Below are positions 11,830 through 23,954 of a stretch of DNA of 64,000 nucleotides, one piece after another. Both the position numbers and the translations under genes were made by a program. Origin of the DNA: Octopus sinensis (lineage: Eukaryota); the NCBI RefSeq assembly GCF_006345805.1, contig NC_042999.1, positions 74,648,001 through 74,712,000 on the forward strand, read 5' to 3'. The notes below the pieces were generated by a model. It searched no databases, was not told where the DNA came from, and was given only the letters and a program-made list of their open reading frames with translations. The first letter of the stretch is position 1; each line of letters starts with the position of its first letter.

Positions 11830-14800
11830 ATGATCAAGATTGGTTGTGTAAATGCGCGTGGCTTGGGGTCCCCTTGGAAACAAGGGTACCTCTTAAATGA
11901 CATAAAGTCACATAAGTTAGAAATCATAGCCATAAGCGAGACCAGACTCCACAATCCGCGGGCCCTAAAGACCATGTTTGGCGGACAGTTCAACATTTAT
12001 TTTTCCCCCTGTCTGCCGAGAATGGGCGGTAGTGGCACCGCGGTACTTTTTCACAAGAGTCTGGATCTCAAAGTAAGGACAATATTCGTAGACCCGGAGG
12101 GTAGACTGGTCGTCCTGGATGTCGACGGCAGCAATGGGTGCGCTTTTCGACTCGTATCAGTTTACGCACCGCCCTTAACAGGTCGGGCGGATTTCTTTCA
12201 ACGTCTAGAAGTTTTCTTGGGAACGTCTCGTCCTTTACTCTTAGTGGGGGATTGGAATGCTACCTTGGACACGCATGTAGACTACGTGGGTAGAGATAGG
12301 AATAGACGGGGATGCAAATGCCTCAGAGACCTGCTCAGACGCTTTCAACTGTCTGACAGGTTCCGACTAGACCACCCGAATGCGCCAACGTGGACATGGA
12401 GCAACCGCATCGGGTCGTCGAGATCGTATCTAGATAGGATACTGTGTAGGACAGTAGATAGAGATAGCATAGGATGTCCACATTTCCACATAGTCAGCTA
12501 CACGGATCACAAACTTGTGACATGTACGCTAGACTTAGGTAAGACACTTAGGCAGGGTCCCGGATACTGGAAACTAAACGCGTCTTTCCCATCGAGACAG
12601 GTTTTCAGAGACCGGATTAGCACACTAGTAAAGAGGGCTTTGACGGGAGCCATCATCAACAACAAATGGTGGTTTGCCCTCAAGAGAGCAGTAAAAGCAG
12701 AAGCGATTAGGTACAGCAAAGCACTAGCCATAGATAGAAATAGAGTAGAGGGTGAGCTAGTTAAGAAGCTAGAAGAGGCAATTAGAAGCGGCATCGCATC
12801 CGACGTTTTGGCGGCGAGGTTGGCCCTCGACCAACACTTCAACGCCAAACACGAAGGATGTGCTGTCAGAGCTAGGATGCGTGCTCTAAGGAACGAAGGT
12901 GTTGGAGCCGCGAGAGAGGCCCGGGTGGCAGAGGCGCAACAGGGCAACAAAGCCACCATTCGGTCACTGGTAGATGAACAGGGGCGCGAATTGCTCGAGC
13001 CAAATAAAATGTGTGAGGCCTTTCAGCAACATTTTGCCCGACTGTTCGGAACGAGTGGAGGGCAAGAACGTAGGGTGGACTTCAGTGCCTACCTACATAG
13101 CCTACCACGACTCTCGACAAGAAAGGCAGGGTGCTGCGAAGGTGCCATCACGGCGGCGGAAGTGCGGGAAGCGATGGCAGAATGCTCGAGGGACAAATCA
13201 CCGGGTTTGGATGGTCTACCCTACGAGCTTTACAATTGTATGCCAGACTTGTTTGGAGATCTCTTGGCGGCGGTGTACTGCAACTGGCAGCAAAACGGGA
13301 GCATTCCTGGTTTTGTGAGCCGAGGAGCCGTAACACTGCTGAAGAAAGATCTAAACAAGGGAAATGTAATAGATAACTTTAGGCCCATCACTCTGCTTAA
13401 TGCAGACTTGAAAATTTTGGCCAAGGTGTTAGCCAAGAGGTTGGCGCTTGTCATCGAGAAACTGGTCGACAAGGCGCAAACATGCGCCGTGCCAGGCCGG
13501 ACCATCCATGACAACCTCCATCTGATGCGCTACATCATAGACAGGGTAGTTAACGAACCTGGCATGGGTGGGGCCCTGATCAACTTGGATCAATCGAAAG
13601 CCTTTGATAGGGTAGACCATCGATACTTGGAGGCAGTCCTGAGAGCGGCTGGTTTCGGTCCCGTCTTCCGCGGCTGGATAGCTGCCTTGTACAGAGGCAT
13701 CCGTTCGGTAATTCGCGTAAATGGACATCTATCGAGACCTTTCGACATTGCACGTTCGGTCCGTCAGGGATGCCCCCTCTCGGCGCTTCTATACGTATTG
13801 ACTCTTGAGCCACTACTGCGGAAGCTGGCGACTCTAAGGGGCATCCCGCGAGAATTGGGATGCGGGACGAGCGTGTCTGCATACGCGGACGACGTCACCG
13901 TCATAGTGTCAAGCCACGAGCACATCGAGCTGGTCGGTGAGACACTGAAAAACTACGAAGCGGTGACAGGAGCGAAAATCAACCGGGAAAAGTCAGTGGG
14001 CTTGCGACTAGGCACCTGGAGAAGCAAGCCCATGCCGTCCACCAGCGCCTCCGTCGTGGGACGCTGGACCGACGGCCCGGTTGAGTTGCTCGGGGTCTGG
14101 TTTGGTCCGGACCTCCAAGTGGAGAAGAACTGGAACGAGATAACGAGTAGGGTGGTCACTCTCGCCCGGCAATGGGCCGAGAGGAAACTGTCCCTAAAAG
14201 GTCGAGCGGAGGTGGCGAACACGTACATCGCGTCCGTCATCTACTACCGCCTGACCGTCGTACCTTGTCCCGACCCTACCATCACCAAACTACAACGCAT
14301 CCTCTTTCGCTTCTTGTGGAAAGGATGCGTCCCGATGGTCAGGCGATCCATTTGCTGTCAACACCCGTTAAAAGGAGGGCTGGGCATGCCGTGGTTGATG
14401 ATGCGCAGACACGCGCTGAGACTGCGACATCTCTGGCTCTATGTAGACGACGGTGAACAGGTGTGGTCGCCGTTTGTGAGGCACGCTTTCCCGCAGCTCG
14501 TCTCCATGACCGAACTGCAGTCGTGGATCAAAAAGAGGCCGAGGAAGGGCGAATGGCACCGCGAGTGTCGCGTTGCTCTCAAGCAACTCTGCCGTCCTGG
14601 GTCGACCTTAAGTGACTTCAACACAACCAAAGCATTCTATAGGGGTTTAGTGGAGGGGAGGTACGACGACGAGCTCGGGGCGAACCTGGACGTCGACGAG
14701 GAGTACCTGACCCGCCTGTTCGGGACGACTTTCGGGCCAGGGCCCATGGACAACTTCCAGAGATCCCTGGCCTGGCAGTGCTACCGAGAAGCGCTACCCG

Positions 14801-15267
14801 TTCGGGATAAGCTCTACAGACACGGCTCGAGAAACACGGGGCCGACCTGCCCGAGATGCGGTCAGAGCGACGAAACCGTTCTGCACGCACTCGTTCAGTG
14901 TCCAACAATTTCCGACCTGTGGGCTTATGTCGAACAACTGCTGTCACGTGTGGGACGAGTCGGTTTATCAGCTGAGTCTATCGTCAATATTGTCACGCGT
15001 CCTTCCTTCAAACGGGAAGGAAGAGCTATTTTCATCATCCTTGTGGCTATGGCGAAAGAATGTATCTGGTGGACGCGTCTGAAAGGATTGGAGACAAACA
15101 CTTTCCTCTCTGGTCAATCTCTCATCAACTTCTTCAAGTACCACTTGAAAAGGAAAGTGAGAGTAGAGAGGCAAGTTTTGTCTAGCGAATGTTTTAAAAA
15201 AAGATGGGTGAATGTAGCAAGAATGGCACGTATGAATGACGAAGCCACCTTGAGCATAGTCCTATGA
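11830..15267 (+). CDS. Tx1/L1 ORF2: AP endonuclease, reverse transcriptase and C-terminal zinc finger (1145 aa, intact)
   Basis: APE motifs NARGL, SET, GDWN, SYLDRI and TDH. RT motifs FRPITLLN, DQSKAFD, RQGCPLS and YADD. C-terminal CPRCGQSDETVLHALVQC. Confidence 0.95.
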   Translation: MIKIGCVNARGLGSPWKQGYLLNDIKSHKLEIIAISETRLHNPRALKTMFGGQFNIYFSPCLPRMGGSGTAVLFHKSLDLKVRTIFVDPEGRLVVLDVDGSNGCAFRLVSVYAPPLTGRADFFQRLEVFLGTSRPLLLVGDWNATLDTHVDYVGRDRNRRGCKCLRDLLRRFQLSDRFRLDHPNAPTWTWSNRIGSSRSYLDRILCRTVDRDSIGCPHFHIVSYTDHKLVTCTLDLGKTLRQGPGYWKLNASFPSRQVFRDRISTLVKRALTGAIINNKWWFALKRAVKAEAIRYSKALAIDRNRVEGELVKKLEEAIRSGIASDVLAARLALDQHFNAKHEGCAVRARMRALRNEGVGAAREARVAEAQQGNKATIRSLVDEQGRELLEPNKMCEAFQQHFARLFGTSGGQERRVDFSAYLHSLPRLSTRKAGCCEGAITAAEVREAMAECSRDKSPGLDGLPYELYNCMPDLFGDLLAAVYCNWQQNGSIPGFVSRGAVTLLKKDLNKGNVIDNFRPITLLNADLKILAKVLAKRLALVIEKLVDKAQTCAVPGRTIHDNLHLMRYIIDRVVNEPGMGGALINLDQSKAFDRVDHRYLEAVLRAAGFGPVFRGWIAALYRGIRSVIRVNGHLSRPFDIARSVRQGCPLSALLYVLTLEPLLRKLATLRGIPRELGCGTSVSAYADDVTVIVSSHEHIELVGETLKNYEAVTGAKINREKSVGLRLGTWRSKPMPSTSASVVGRWTDGPVELLGVWFGPDLQVEKNWNEITSRVVTLARQWAERKLSLKGRAEVANTYIASVIYYRLTVVPCPDPTITKLQRILFRFLWKGCVPMVRRSICCQHPLKGGLGMPWLMMRRHALRLRHLWLYVDDGEQVWSPFVRHAFPQLVSMTELQSWIKKRPRKGEWHRECRVALKQLCRPGSTLSDFNTTKAFYRGLVEGRYDDELGANLDVDEEYLTRLFGTTFGPGPMDNFQRSLAWQCYREALPVRDKLYRHGSRNTGPTCPRCGQSDETVLHALVQCPTISDLWAYVEQLLSRVGRVGLSAESIVNIVTRPSFKREGRAIFIILVAMAKECIWWTRLKGLETNTFLSGQSLINFFKYHLKRKVRVERQVLSSECFKKRWVNVARMARMNDEATLSIVL

Positions 15268-15674
15268 ACCCAGAAATCGAAAACAGAGAGTTGCTTATTT
15301 GCAAAAAAAAAAAAAAAAAAAAAGAAATATAAAATGTGACTTCATTGACCGAGGTTACCGTGGTCTTTTCCGTAGGCTTTTCTTTCCACGGGTAAACCTC
15401 ACCTGTCCTCCCCTTTACACTTCATATTGACATTTCTGTGATAACGATCCCTATTGATCAATTTTTTATTCCTCTCCCCCCTTTTTTTTTTTTTTTTTTT
15501 TTTTAACCCCCCCCCTTTTTTTTGTCCTCTTTCTCTTCTTTTACGATCCCTTTTGATCGAAACTCCCCTTTCCCTTTTTTTTTTTTTTTTTTTTTTTTTA
15601 AACCTTCAAAAGAAAAGCTCTACCTTGTAATTTGTTCTATCTGTGTGCAGCCCTGTGTGGCTAATAAAGAAACA

Positions 15675-15757
15675 TATCTATCTATATATATATCTATCTA
15701 TCTATCTATCTACCTACCTACCTACCTACCTACCTACCTACCTACCTACCTACCTAC

Positions 15758-15801
<44 letters not shown>

Positions 15802-15802
15802 T

Positions 15803-15860
<58 letters not shown>
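15675..15860. repeat. (TATC)n/(TACC)n followed by (TAA)n microsatellites
   Basis: Directly visible. The TATC tract has the same orientation as the one at 9146-9290. Confidence 0.95.
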
Positions 15861-15878
15861 GGAGTATAACTCCAAACT

Positions 15879-16572
15879 TAAGATAAGAATGCAAATTACA
15901 AATATCATAATATAAATTATTGTAATCATTAAAATGACTTCTTACAGCTGTTTCAGACTATGGTTAAAAGTAGTTATTTTTATTTTCATTGCCTATACTT
16001 GTCAATATATTGAGGTTGTAGGCATTTAAAAATAGGGTACTTACATATATAACCATAGGCCTCACAATATAGATATATGAAATATAAATTAGAGTTAAAA
16101 CCACTATTATGTAATTCAAACAATGATAGACACAAACCAAAACATAAATAACAAATAAAATATATTTTTATTAAACATTTAACTAGGTCACAAAAAGTAT
16201 AAAAATGAATAATTGTGTTTATTTATGTGTTTTTACACATGTAAAGGTATATACACTCTGCTTATGTATGTATATGTGTATATGTCTATATGGATATTTG
16301 TTCATATTTTTTATATATATTAAATACTACGTGTATCATGTTTCATGTATTAATATTAATATTTTTAAAGTTCCTTATAAACTCTGACGAGGCCTATGGT
16401 TATATATGTAAGTACCCTATTTTTAAATGCCTACAACCTCAATATATTGACAAGTATAGGCAATGAAAATAAAATAACTACTTTTAACCATAGTCTGAAA
16501 CAGCTGTAAGAAGTCATTTTAATGATTACAATAATTTATATTATGATATTTATAATTTGCATTCGTATCTTA
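15879..16572. mobile_element. Penelope-like terminal remnant arranged as an inverted repeat
   Basis: Arms 15879-16063 and 16389-16572 are reverse complements with about 2 substitutions and 1 indel. The spacer is about 325 bp and the right arm carries a hammerhead core. Confidence 0.7.
16381..16515 (+). ncRNA. Hammerhead ribozyme-like motif with short helix III and extended helix II
   Basis: CTGACGA at 16384-16390; helix II ggcctatggtta (16391-16402) pairs with taaccatagtct (16485-16496); GAAA at 16497-16500; then C-AGCT-G with palindromic loop and a GTA cleavage triplet ending at 16508. Helix I is only about 2 bp. Confidence 0.55.
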
Positions 16573-16705
16573 TATGTATTGAATTATAATATATATATAT
16601 GTATGCTATTAAGGTTCTCATTTTGTTAAATGAATAAATAATTCAACATTCTAATATCCGAAAATTGATGAACAAACTAAATTTGTTTCTCCATTTTCTT
16701 ATTTG

Positions 16706-16760
<55 letters not shown>

Positions 16761-17246
16761 GAGAGCGGGAGGGGGAGAGAGGTTGGAGGGGAGTATATCT
16801 GATGTCATTTGGCTGCTACGGCGCTGACCATATAGAAGGTATTTCCTTGTCCCTTCACTTTAAGTCAACTAACGAAAGAGAAAGGGGCGAACACACCCGC
16901 TAACACACTAACTACAGCATGTCATACACACATACGGCATTAACTTTTATTTATTTTTGGTAAACAACCAAATCTACGTGAATGAAGACTATCTCCTGTC
17001 CCTTAAAAAAGAATATTGGTCCAAATTTGAGCCAAGTTTGAACATGATTGATTAACTGGTACAATGGCAACAAACTGACAAACAAAAAAGCAATTTTATA
17101 TATTAGATGACAAAGAGCTATGTACGAAACGTTAAAAACACTCTCCTTTCATCAAGCATCAAACTAGTATAATTCTTGTGCACGTCCTCACGTTTGTTTT
17201 CTTTTTAAATTTTACGCTTTTTCAATTGTTTGTTCACTGAATTGAC

Positions 17247-17351
<105 letters not shown>

Positions 17352-17361
17352 TTATGTGTAT

Positions 17362-17670
<309 letters not shown>

Positions 17671-17671
17671 T

Positions 17672-17729
<58 letters not shown>

Positions 17730-17770
17730 TATATACATATATACATATATACATATATATACATACATAC

Positions 17771-17801
<31 letters not shown>

Positions 17802-17806
17802 CATAG

Positions 17807-17849
<43 letters not shown>

Positions 17850-17862
17850 TATATACATACAT

Positions 17863-17895
<33 letters not shown>

Positions 17896-18114
17896 CATAC
17901 ATACATACATACATACATACATACATACATACATACATTTACATACATACATACATACATATATACATATATATTTATATATAACGGGAAGCTTTATGAA
18001 AATAGACAAAAGGCGAAGGCAGGTTTACGGAAATAAACAAAAGACGAAGGCAGGTGGAATACAAACAAACAATTGTATTAGTATAGCGCTCAGGAAATAT
18101 AAATAAAACATGGT

Positions 18115-18450
18115 ACCACATGGTTCCTGGCTCAGACCCACTGTGTGGCACCTTGGGCAAGTATCTTCTGCTATAGCATCGAGCCGACCAAAGCCTCGTG
18201 AGTTGATTTGGCTGACGGAAACTGAAAGAAGCCCGTCGTATATATATATATTTGTGTGAGTGTCTGTTTGTCCTCCGTCCATCGCTTGACAATCGATGTT
18301 GGTGTATTTACGTCCCCGTAACTTAGCGGTTCAGCAATAGAGGCTGATAGAATAAGTACTAGGCATACAAAGAATAAGTCCTGGGCTCGATTTTTTTTTC
18401 GATTAAAGGAGGTGCTCCAGCATGGCTGCAGTCAAATGACTGAAACAAAA
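18115..18450 (+). mobile_element. tRNA-derived SINE (recurrent family)
   Basis: Contains caccttgggcaag..gaccaaagcc..gtgag..gaaactgaaagaagccc and ends gcagtcaaatgactgaaacaa. Related segments recur at 61790-61960. Confidence 0.7.
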
Positions 18451-18879
18451 CTGACCGAAAAAACGTAGTGTTTGTTATATATTGCACTAAAGTCAGCGTC
18501 GAAGAAACCATGTGGTGATAAATCGTACTTTCAACAAGTGGCCATGTGCAAAAGAAATCAATTTCTCCTTGAAAAGAAACAAAAAACCAACGTCGTACAA
18601 CAACTAAAACTGGGAATTTTACCTCTTGTGAATAAGTACCGTATGCATTTTGTTTATTTTGGTGTTACCGAATAAAGAAAATTTAACGTAGGAGCTATTA
18701 ATTACTTTTTCTTTTTTTTTTCTTTTCTTTCCTTTGTTTACAATCAGCTGTTTAAAAAATTTAAGGCAGCAAATTCGTCACGAAACCTCTTCTTTCTTCC
18801 CGCTATCGTATTTAGTTTAAGTTCTCACTCACAGCCGCCTTTTCCGTTCTAAAACCTCTGTTTTTCTCCTTCCTTCATA

Positions 18880-19720
18880 CTTTCCTTATTTGCTCTTTCA
18901 TATCTTCTTCTTTTTCCCTTCTCCCTCTCCCTCTCTCTCCCCTTCTCTCTCTTTCTCTCTCCCCTTCTCTCTCCCCTTCTCTCTCTTTCTCTCTCCCTCC
19001 CTCTTTCCTTCATATCCCTCTCCCTCCCTCTGACATCCTACCGTTCCGTACCTACTGTTCTCTTTCTTTCATATCTCAATCTCTCTGTCTCTCTATTCCC
19101 ACTCTCTCTCTTTATCTCTTTATCTCCCTTCGTTTTCCTTTTCTCCCTCTCTCTCTTCCTCTTTTCCCCTCCTCTTCCTCACTGTCTCCTCTCTCTCACC
19201 CACTTCCGCTGTCTCCCTATCTTTCCATACCCCCTGTTCTTCTCTTTCCTTCATATCCTTCTCCCCCCTTTGTCTCCCTATCATTCCATACCTCCCGTTC
19301 TCTTTCTTTCATATCTCCCTTTCTCTGTCTCTCTACCCCACTCCCTCTTTCCCTCTCTTCATCTCTCTCCATTTTCCTCCCTCTCTTCTCTCTCTCCATT
19401 TTCCTATTTCTTTCTCTACCTCCCTCTGTCTGTCTCTCTCTCTCTACCCCTCTATTTCCCTCTCTTCTCTCCATCCCACTCTCCATATATTCCTCATTTT
19501 CTTTCCTCCCCATCATTCTATCTTTCTTTCCTTCATTTTCTCTCTTCTCTCTCCCTCACTCTGTCTCCCTTTTTCACTTTCGCTTCCTCTCCCTCTCTAT
19601 GTCTCTCTGTCGCTCCATACTCCTCTTTCTCTTTCTTTCACATCACTCTCTCCCCCTCCTTCCCTCTGCTTCTCTCTTTCTCTTTACCTACATCTGTCTC
19701 TTTCACTTCCTCTCGTTCTT
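18880..19720. repeat. About 840-bp polypyrimidine (CT-rich) low-complexity tract
   Basis: The plus strand is strongly C/T-biased, with recurring tctttc(c/t)ttcatatc subunits. Confidence 0.85.
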
Positions 19721-19739
19721 TCCCACGCCTCTCTGGGCT

Positions 19740-21115
19740 TAGACAACGAAGTTGGAACCAAAGTCGGAGTGCTAGAAACTGAAACTTCTGTCGCGAGCTT
19801 GGACAATAGTCGGTGGAGATCCTCCAAACGCCATCAATGTAGAATCATTGAGCAGATAGAACAGAAGAAAAACGAATTTATCCGATTCTATGCCCTTATT
19901 AGACCACACATTGACACTCTTGGTGCCATCATGGAAAAGAACTGTGGCAAGGCTGATAAGGATGGGGAAAATGAAGCAACAACCAGACGTCCCTCTGATC
20001 CACTAGTCCCACAAAAGAATGGAGTCCCCATTCCTGTGAACAACCAGGCTGATAAGGATAGGGAAGATGAAGAAGCAACAGCCAGAAGTCCCTCAACAAA
20101 AGAATGGAGCCCCATCCCTGTAGACAACCAGATGTATGTAAGGGCTACCACTAGTAAAGGAAGGAAAGACTACGAGTAAAAACATAAAAAGGGAAAAGGA
20201 GGAAAAGGAAAAGATGAAACAACTAAAACTGAAACCGAAAATCTCTAAACAAGAAACAACCCAAATATGGAGGCTCCAATGGAATCCCCAACTATACAGG
20301 AGAGAAAAAATTTGGAGTGAAGACGAAAACGTGCAAATTTTACTTGCAAGGCAAATGTTGGCATGGGGGAGACGGCACAAATTGCCGGTTCGCTCACTTG
20401 AGACTCCGCGAAAACTACATGGGCCTTAAGGAGAAATAGTTCCCAGAAGAGAGGCACCAATCGTCTCCAAAGAAGAAGTATGCAGATGCGGCGCACTCTT
20501 CAGATGTTATGCGAAAGGCAGTAGCTGAGCAAGAGTCTTTTTTGTGCATGGCACAAAAGATTGTGCAGCAGCCGAGCTGGCTACATCAAGCGGAAACACG
20601 GAACCTTGCCCACCAATGCGCAAGACCACCACAATCAACAGACACGGGATGGCCCCACCTAATGCCAGCTCAGTCGTCTCGCCAATATCTTTACTAAATA
20701 TTGGAGGCATGTTACATCACAACAACAAAAGCAAAATCTTTTTCCTGAGAAACGTTGCTGCATGCAATCAAGCCCTATGCATAGTACTCGTGGAAACTCA
20801 TCTTAGGCCTGATATAGAATATATAAAAGTACACTAACAAAGTATACCATAATGCGAACGGACAGAAGGGAAAGGGGCGATAGTGGAGTTGCTGTATACA
20901 CCCATGAAGACCTCACGCCCCAAGTCCTACTGTCACACACAAATTCAGTATGTGACACACAAGTTGTATACATAAGACAACACAATATAGTCATATGCAA
21001 TACATATCACCCACCGGATGCTCCAAACCACACGGGCAAGTTTAGAGATTGCCTCACAAGAATAAAAGAAACACTTTGCAGAATTGCAACTTCTTCGAGG
21101 TTCTGTATCCTCTGA
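19740..21115 (+). mobile_element. CR1-like LINE 5' part (ORF1 remnants and APE N-terminus)
   Basis: LLNIGG..LVETHL..GVAVYTHEDLTPQVLLSHTNSVCDT..YHPPDAP is close to the APE of the element at 6290-9140 (GVAMYICEDLTPQVLLSYSNSVCDT..YRPPDAP). Confidence 0.75.
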
Positions 21116-22262
21116 GGGACTTTGGTTTCGCTTGCATAGCTAGCAAGGGTGGCTACTTGAGTCAGAGAAGGCGACTATGAATAACAATGGCCCCATGATA
21201 GTGTCCTGTGGAACACTACTCATTATTTGTGTTTTCCATGAGATAGCCCCCGTTGACCACCACTACTTGATTTCTATCTTTAAGAACGTCATGTGGCCAT
21301 TCTCCAAGTTTTCCTACTATGTTAAAATTACTTGACAAATCATACCATGGTTAAAGGCTTTTGCAAAGTCGAGGTATACCACGTCCACATTTGAGTTGTT
21401 AAGCAGCTACTTTAGCATCCAGTCGTAATGCTGCAAGAACTGTGTCAGGCAGCTTCTGCCTGGTCGGAAACAGTGCTGGATGTCAGTCAGCAAGTCACTC
21501 TCTTCAAGGGATGTAATTAATTTCCTTTGGACTCTTCGTTCCATGACTTTGCTGATGTGTGAGGTCAGAGAGATAGGTCTACAGTTTTTAGCATCTACTC
21601 TACTTCCTCCTTTATGGATAAGGCATATTATTCCCTCCTTTAGTTTGTCTGGGAGTTTACTATTTCCGTGGAAGCTCTGAGAAAGTAGCTACAATGATTT
21701 TTCAAGGACTCGTTTGCATGACTAGAGAAGGATTGCTTGGAATCCATCAGGGCCAGTAGTTGAGTTTGCATCTACGTCATTTATTGCCAGTATTGCATCA
21801 TTGTTGATGTAATGAATTGTTACTGCCTCCTGTTCAGGTTCTTTAGTAGTAAAGAATTCTACAGGTTTGCTAACTTGCATTTGTTATAGGGGTTAAGTGA
21901 AGACACTTTTAAATTGTTTATTCAGTGTTTCACTTATCTTCACTGGGGTTTCCCGTGTGTAAGCTATCGTTTTGGAGGAGTGGCCCTACCCCGTAATGTA
22001 CAGAAGCAGTCTCCTTGGTGCACTTAAAGAAGGCTTTACGGTCTGATTTTACATTTCTTATAATCCAGGCTTTTCTGCCTGCTATTTCCTTCTCTTGGAA
22101 GCACTTCAGTTGTTTTTCAATCTCCTACAGTGTTGTTTCCAGGTGGGATTTCTCACTGTCATTGAGTTCTCTGTTGAGGCGGTTTTCAATCTTTGTATAC
22201 CGTTCCATAAGAACTTTTCCCTGCTTCTGTGAGGCCCAACACCCGAAATGATCTTTTCATGT
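21116..22262 (-). mobile_element. CR1-like LINE linker and RT segment in opposite orientation
   Basis: Minus-strand translation gives RPISLTSHISKVMERR, FRPGRSCLTQFLQHYD, VYLDFAKAF and VPQDTIMGPLLF, the same family as 7300-8300. Confidence 0.8.
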
Positions 22263-22399
22263 GTCACCGGCATTGGGCGCTTTGCCTCCACAAGGCCCGA
22301 TGCTCAAAAGGTGCTTTTTATGTGCCAGTTACATGACACCAGCATCAGCCACGACCACGATTTCACTTCTGGATGGGTAATGTTAGTGCACTTATACAA

Positions 22400-22995
22400 T
22401 AAAATGTAAGTGGATAGAAACAAAAATTGAGTATATGAGGCATCAAATGTACTGTGTGAGAGAGGGGACTGCACTGGTGTAGTCATGGGATGTGTATGAA
22501 TGAGGACAGCTGCATCAAGAAGTGCTGATCTCAAACTGTGGAAGGTGTGTGAGGAAAGAGTAGACCCAGAAAGAGGTGGGACAATGTACTGAGAAAAGAT
22601 CTTCAGGCATTGAGCCTTACGGAAGTGATTACATGGGACCAAGACATCTGGTGGTTTGCTGTGCTTCAAAATACATGCCAAGCTAAGTAAAATCATGGTC
22701 ATCCATGCATACAGATATGTCCTCAACATCCCTCTTTCAGCTGAGAGATCTTAATCTTGTGGACTTGTGGCTGTTGGTGCTAAGTGAAAACAACCATGAT
22801 GTTGCCACACATGTACTGGTGCTACACTTAAAGTACCCAATACACTTTGATAAGTGATTGGCATTTGAAGAGCATCCAACCATAGAAGCCATGCCAAAAC
22901 AGACAAATGGAGTCCAGGCAGCTCTCTAGCTGACCAGCTCTTGTCAATCAGTTCCACTCATAGCATCTTGATAATGGACGTTAAATGATGATGTA
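22400..22995 (+). mobile_element. Old RTE LINE 3' end fragment
   Basis: gaggacagctgcatcaagaagtg and ggacgttaaatgatgatg parallel the RTE copy at 53750-54595. Confidence 0.55.
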
Positions 22996-23151
22996 TATGT
23001 ATACATATATATACATAGAGGCACACACACACACACACACACAGATGTATACATGCATACATAATACATACATATGTACATACATACATACATACATACA
23101 TACATACATACATACATACATACATACATGCATGCATACATGCATACATAT

Positions 23152-23954
23152 TGTTATGAAGGAGTCAATTTGGGGACAGTGCTGGCGACCCACTTTTGGG
23201 AGTAACTCCATTGTTCTGCCAGATTCAGGTGAATTAATTAGCTCTGGGCGACCCCTTGACCCCTTCAGGTGAAATAAAGTTCGAAGAAGCTACCCCTTAA
23301 AATAAGCAGTTCAGTTTGTGAGACACAGTCAGCATTTGGGATTCAAGGCAGACAGTCGGCAGTTCGGATTGGAAGGAGGCAGTCAGCATTTGGATTTCAA
23401 GGCAAGCGGTCGGAGTTGTCAGTTTGTGAGAGTCAGTCGGCAGTTCGGACTGGAAGGAAGTCAGTCAGCATTTTGGGATTCAAGGCAAGCGGTCGACGGT
23501 TGGATTGTACAGCGAGTTAGTAATGGTTGTTCTGCTGTGACAGAGGAAGACAGACAGAGAGGATTGAGGAACTGCGAGAGATTACGGCGGGAAGGCATGG
23601 CTATTTGTAGTGGGAGTTGTAAATGAAGAACTCGCGGTATGTATTTTGTTTATATTTTTGATGTGTTGAAAAGAAATGAACATTGTGTTAAAGAATTAAT
23701 GTGAAAAGAAAAAGAGAAAGAGAGGAAAAGAAAAAGAAAGAACTGTGAAGAGAATTGTTGAGTTGAGAAGAGAAAGAAAAGAGAAAGGCTCTGTTGTAGT
23801 CTTTAATGAACATTGAACTGATTTGAACTGTTGTCTCCGGACTGTGCTATATCGTGAACATTCTGTTTTGATTCGACGTGAACTGATTTGAATTATTTGG
23901 ATTTGATGTATAATTGTATAAACTGTTGTCTATGTATATGCCTTGATTGTAACA
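23152..23954. mobile_element. Possible solo LTR with internal ~100-bp tandem repeats
   Basis: Starts TGTTA and ends TAACA; repeated cagtcagcatt..gattcaaggca..cagtcggcagttcgga units. The target duplication is imperfect (atat vs atgt). Confidence 0.35.

Larger units (their letters stand above)
9291..15672 (+). mobile_element. Apparently full-length Tx1/L1-clade non-LTR retrotransposon
   Basis: It has a ~210-bp 5'UTR, ORF1, a 31-bp spacer, an uninterrupted ORF2, a 3'UTR with A and T runs, and AATAAA at 15663-15668 just before the right microsatellite. Confidence 0.92.

Noticed and set aside
12507-15174. Many short antisense or alternate-frame ORFs
   Set aside because: Expected by-products of the GC-rich Tx1 ORF2; no independent motifs.
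19217-19782. E/R/G-rich and S/L/F-rich ORFs
   Set aside because: They are translations of the CT-rich low-complexity tract.
19740-22262. Twin-priming 5' inversion as the explanation for the split LINE
   Set aside because: The halves are convergent and lack a 3' tail; twin priming predicts the opposite arrangement.
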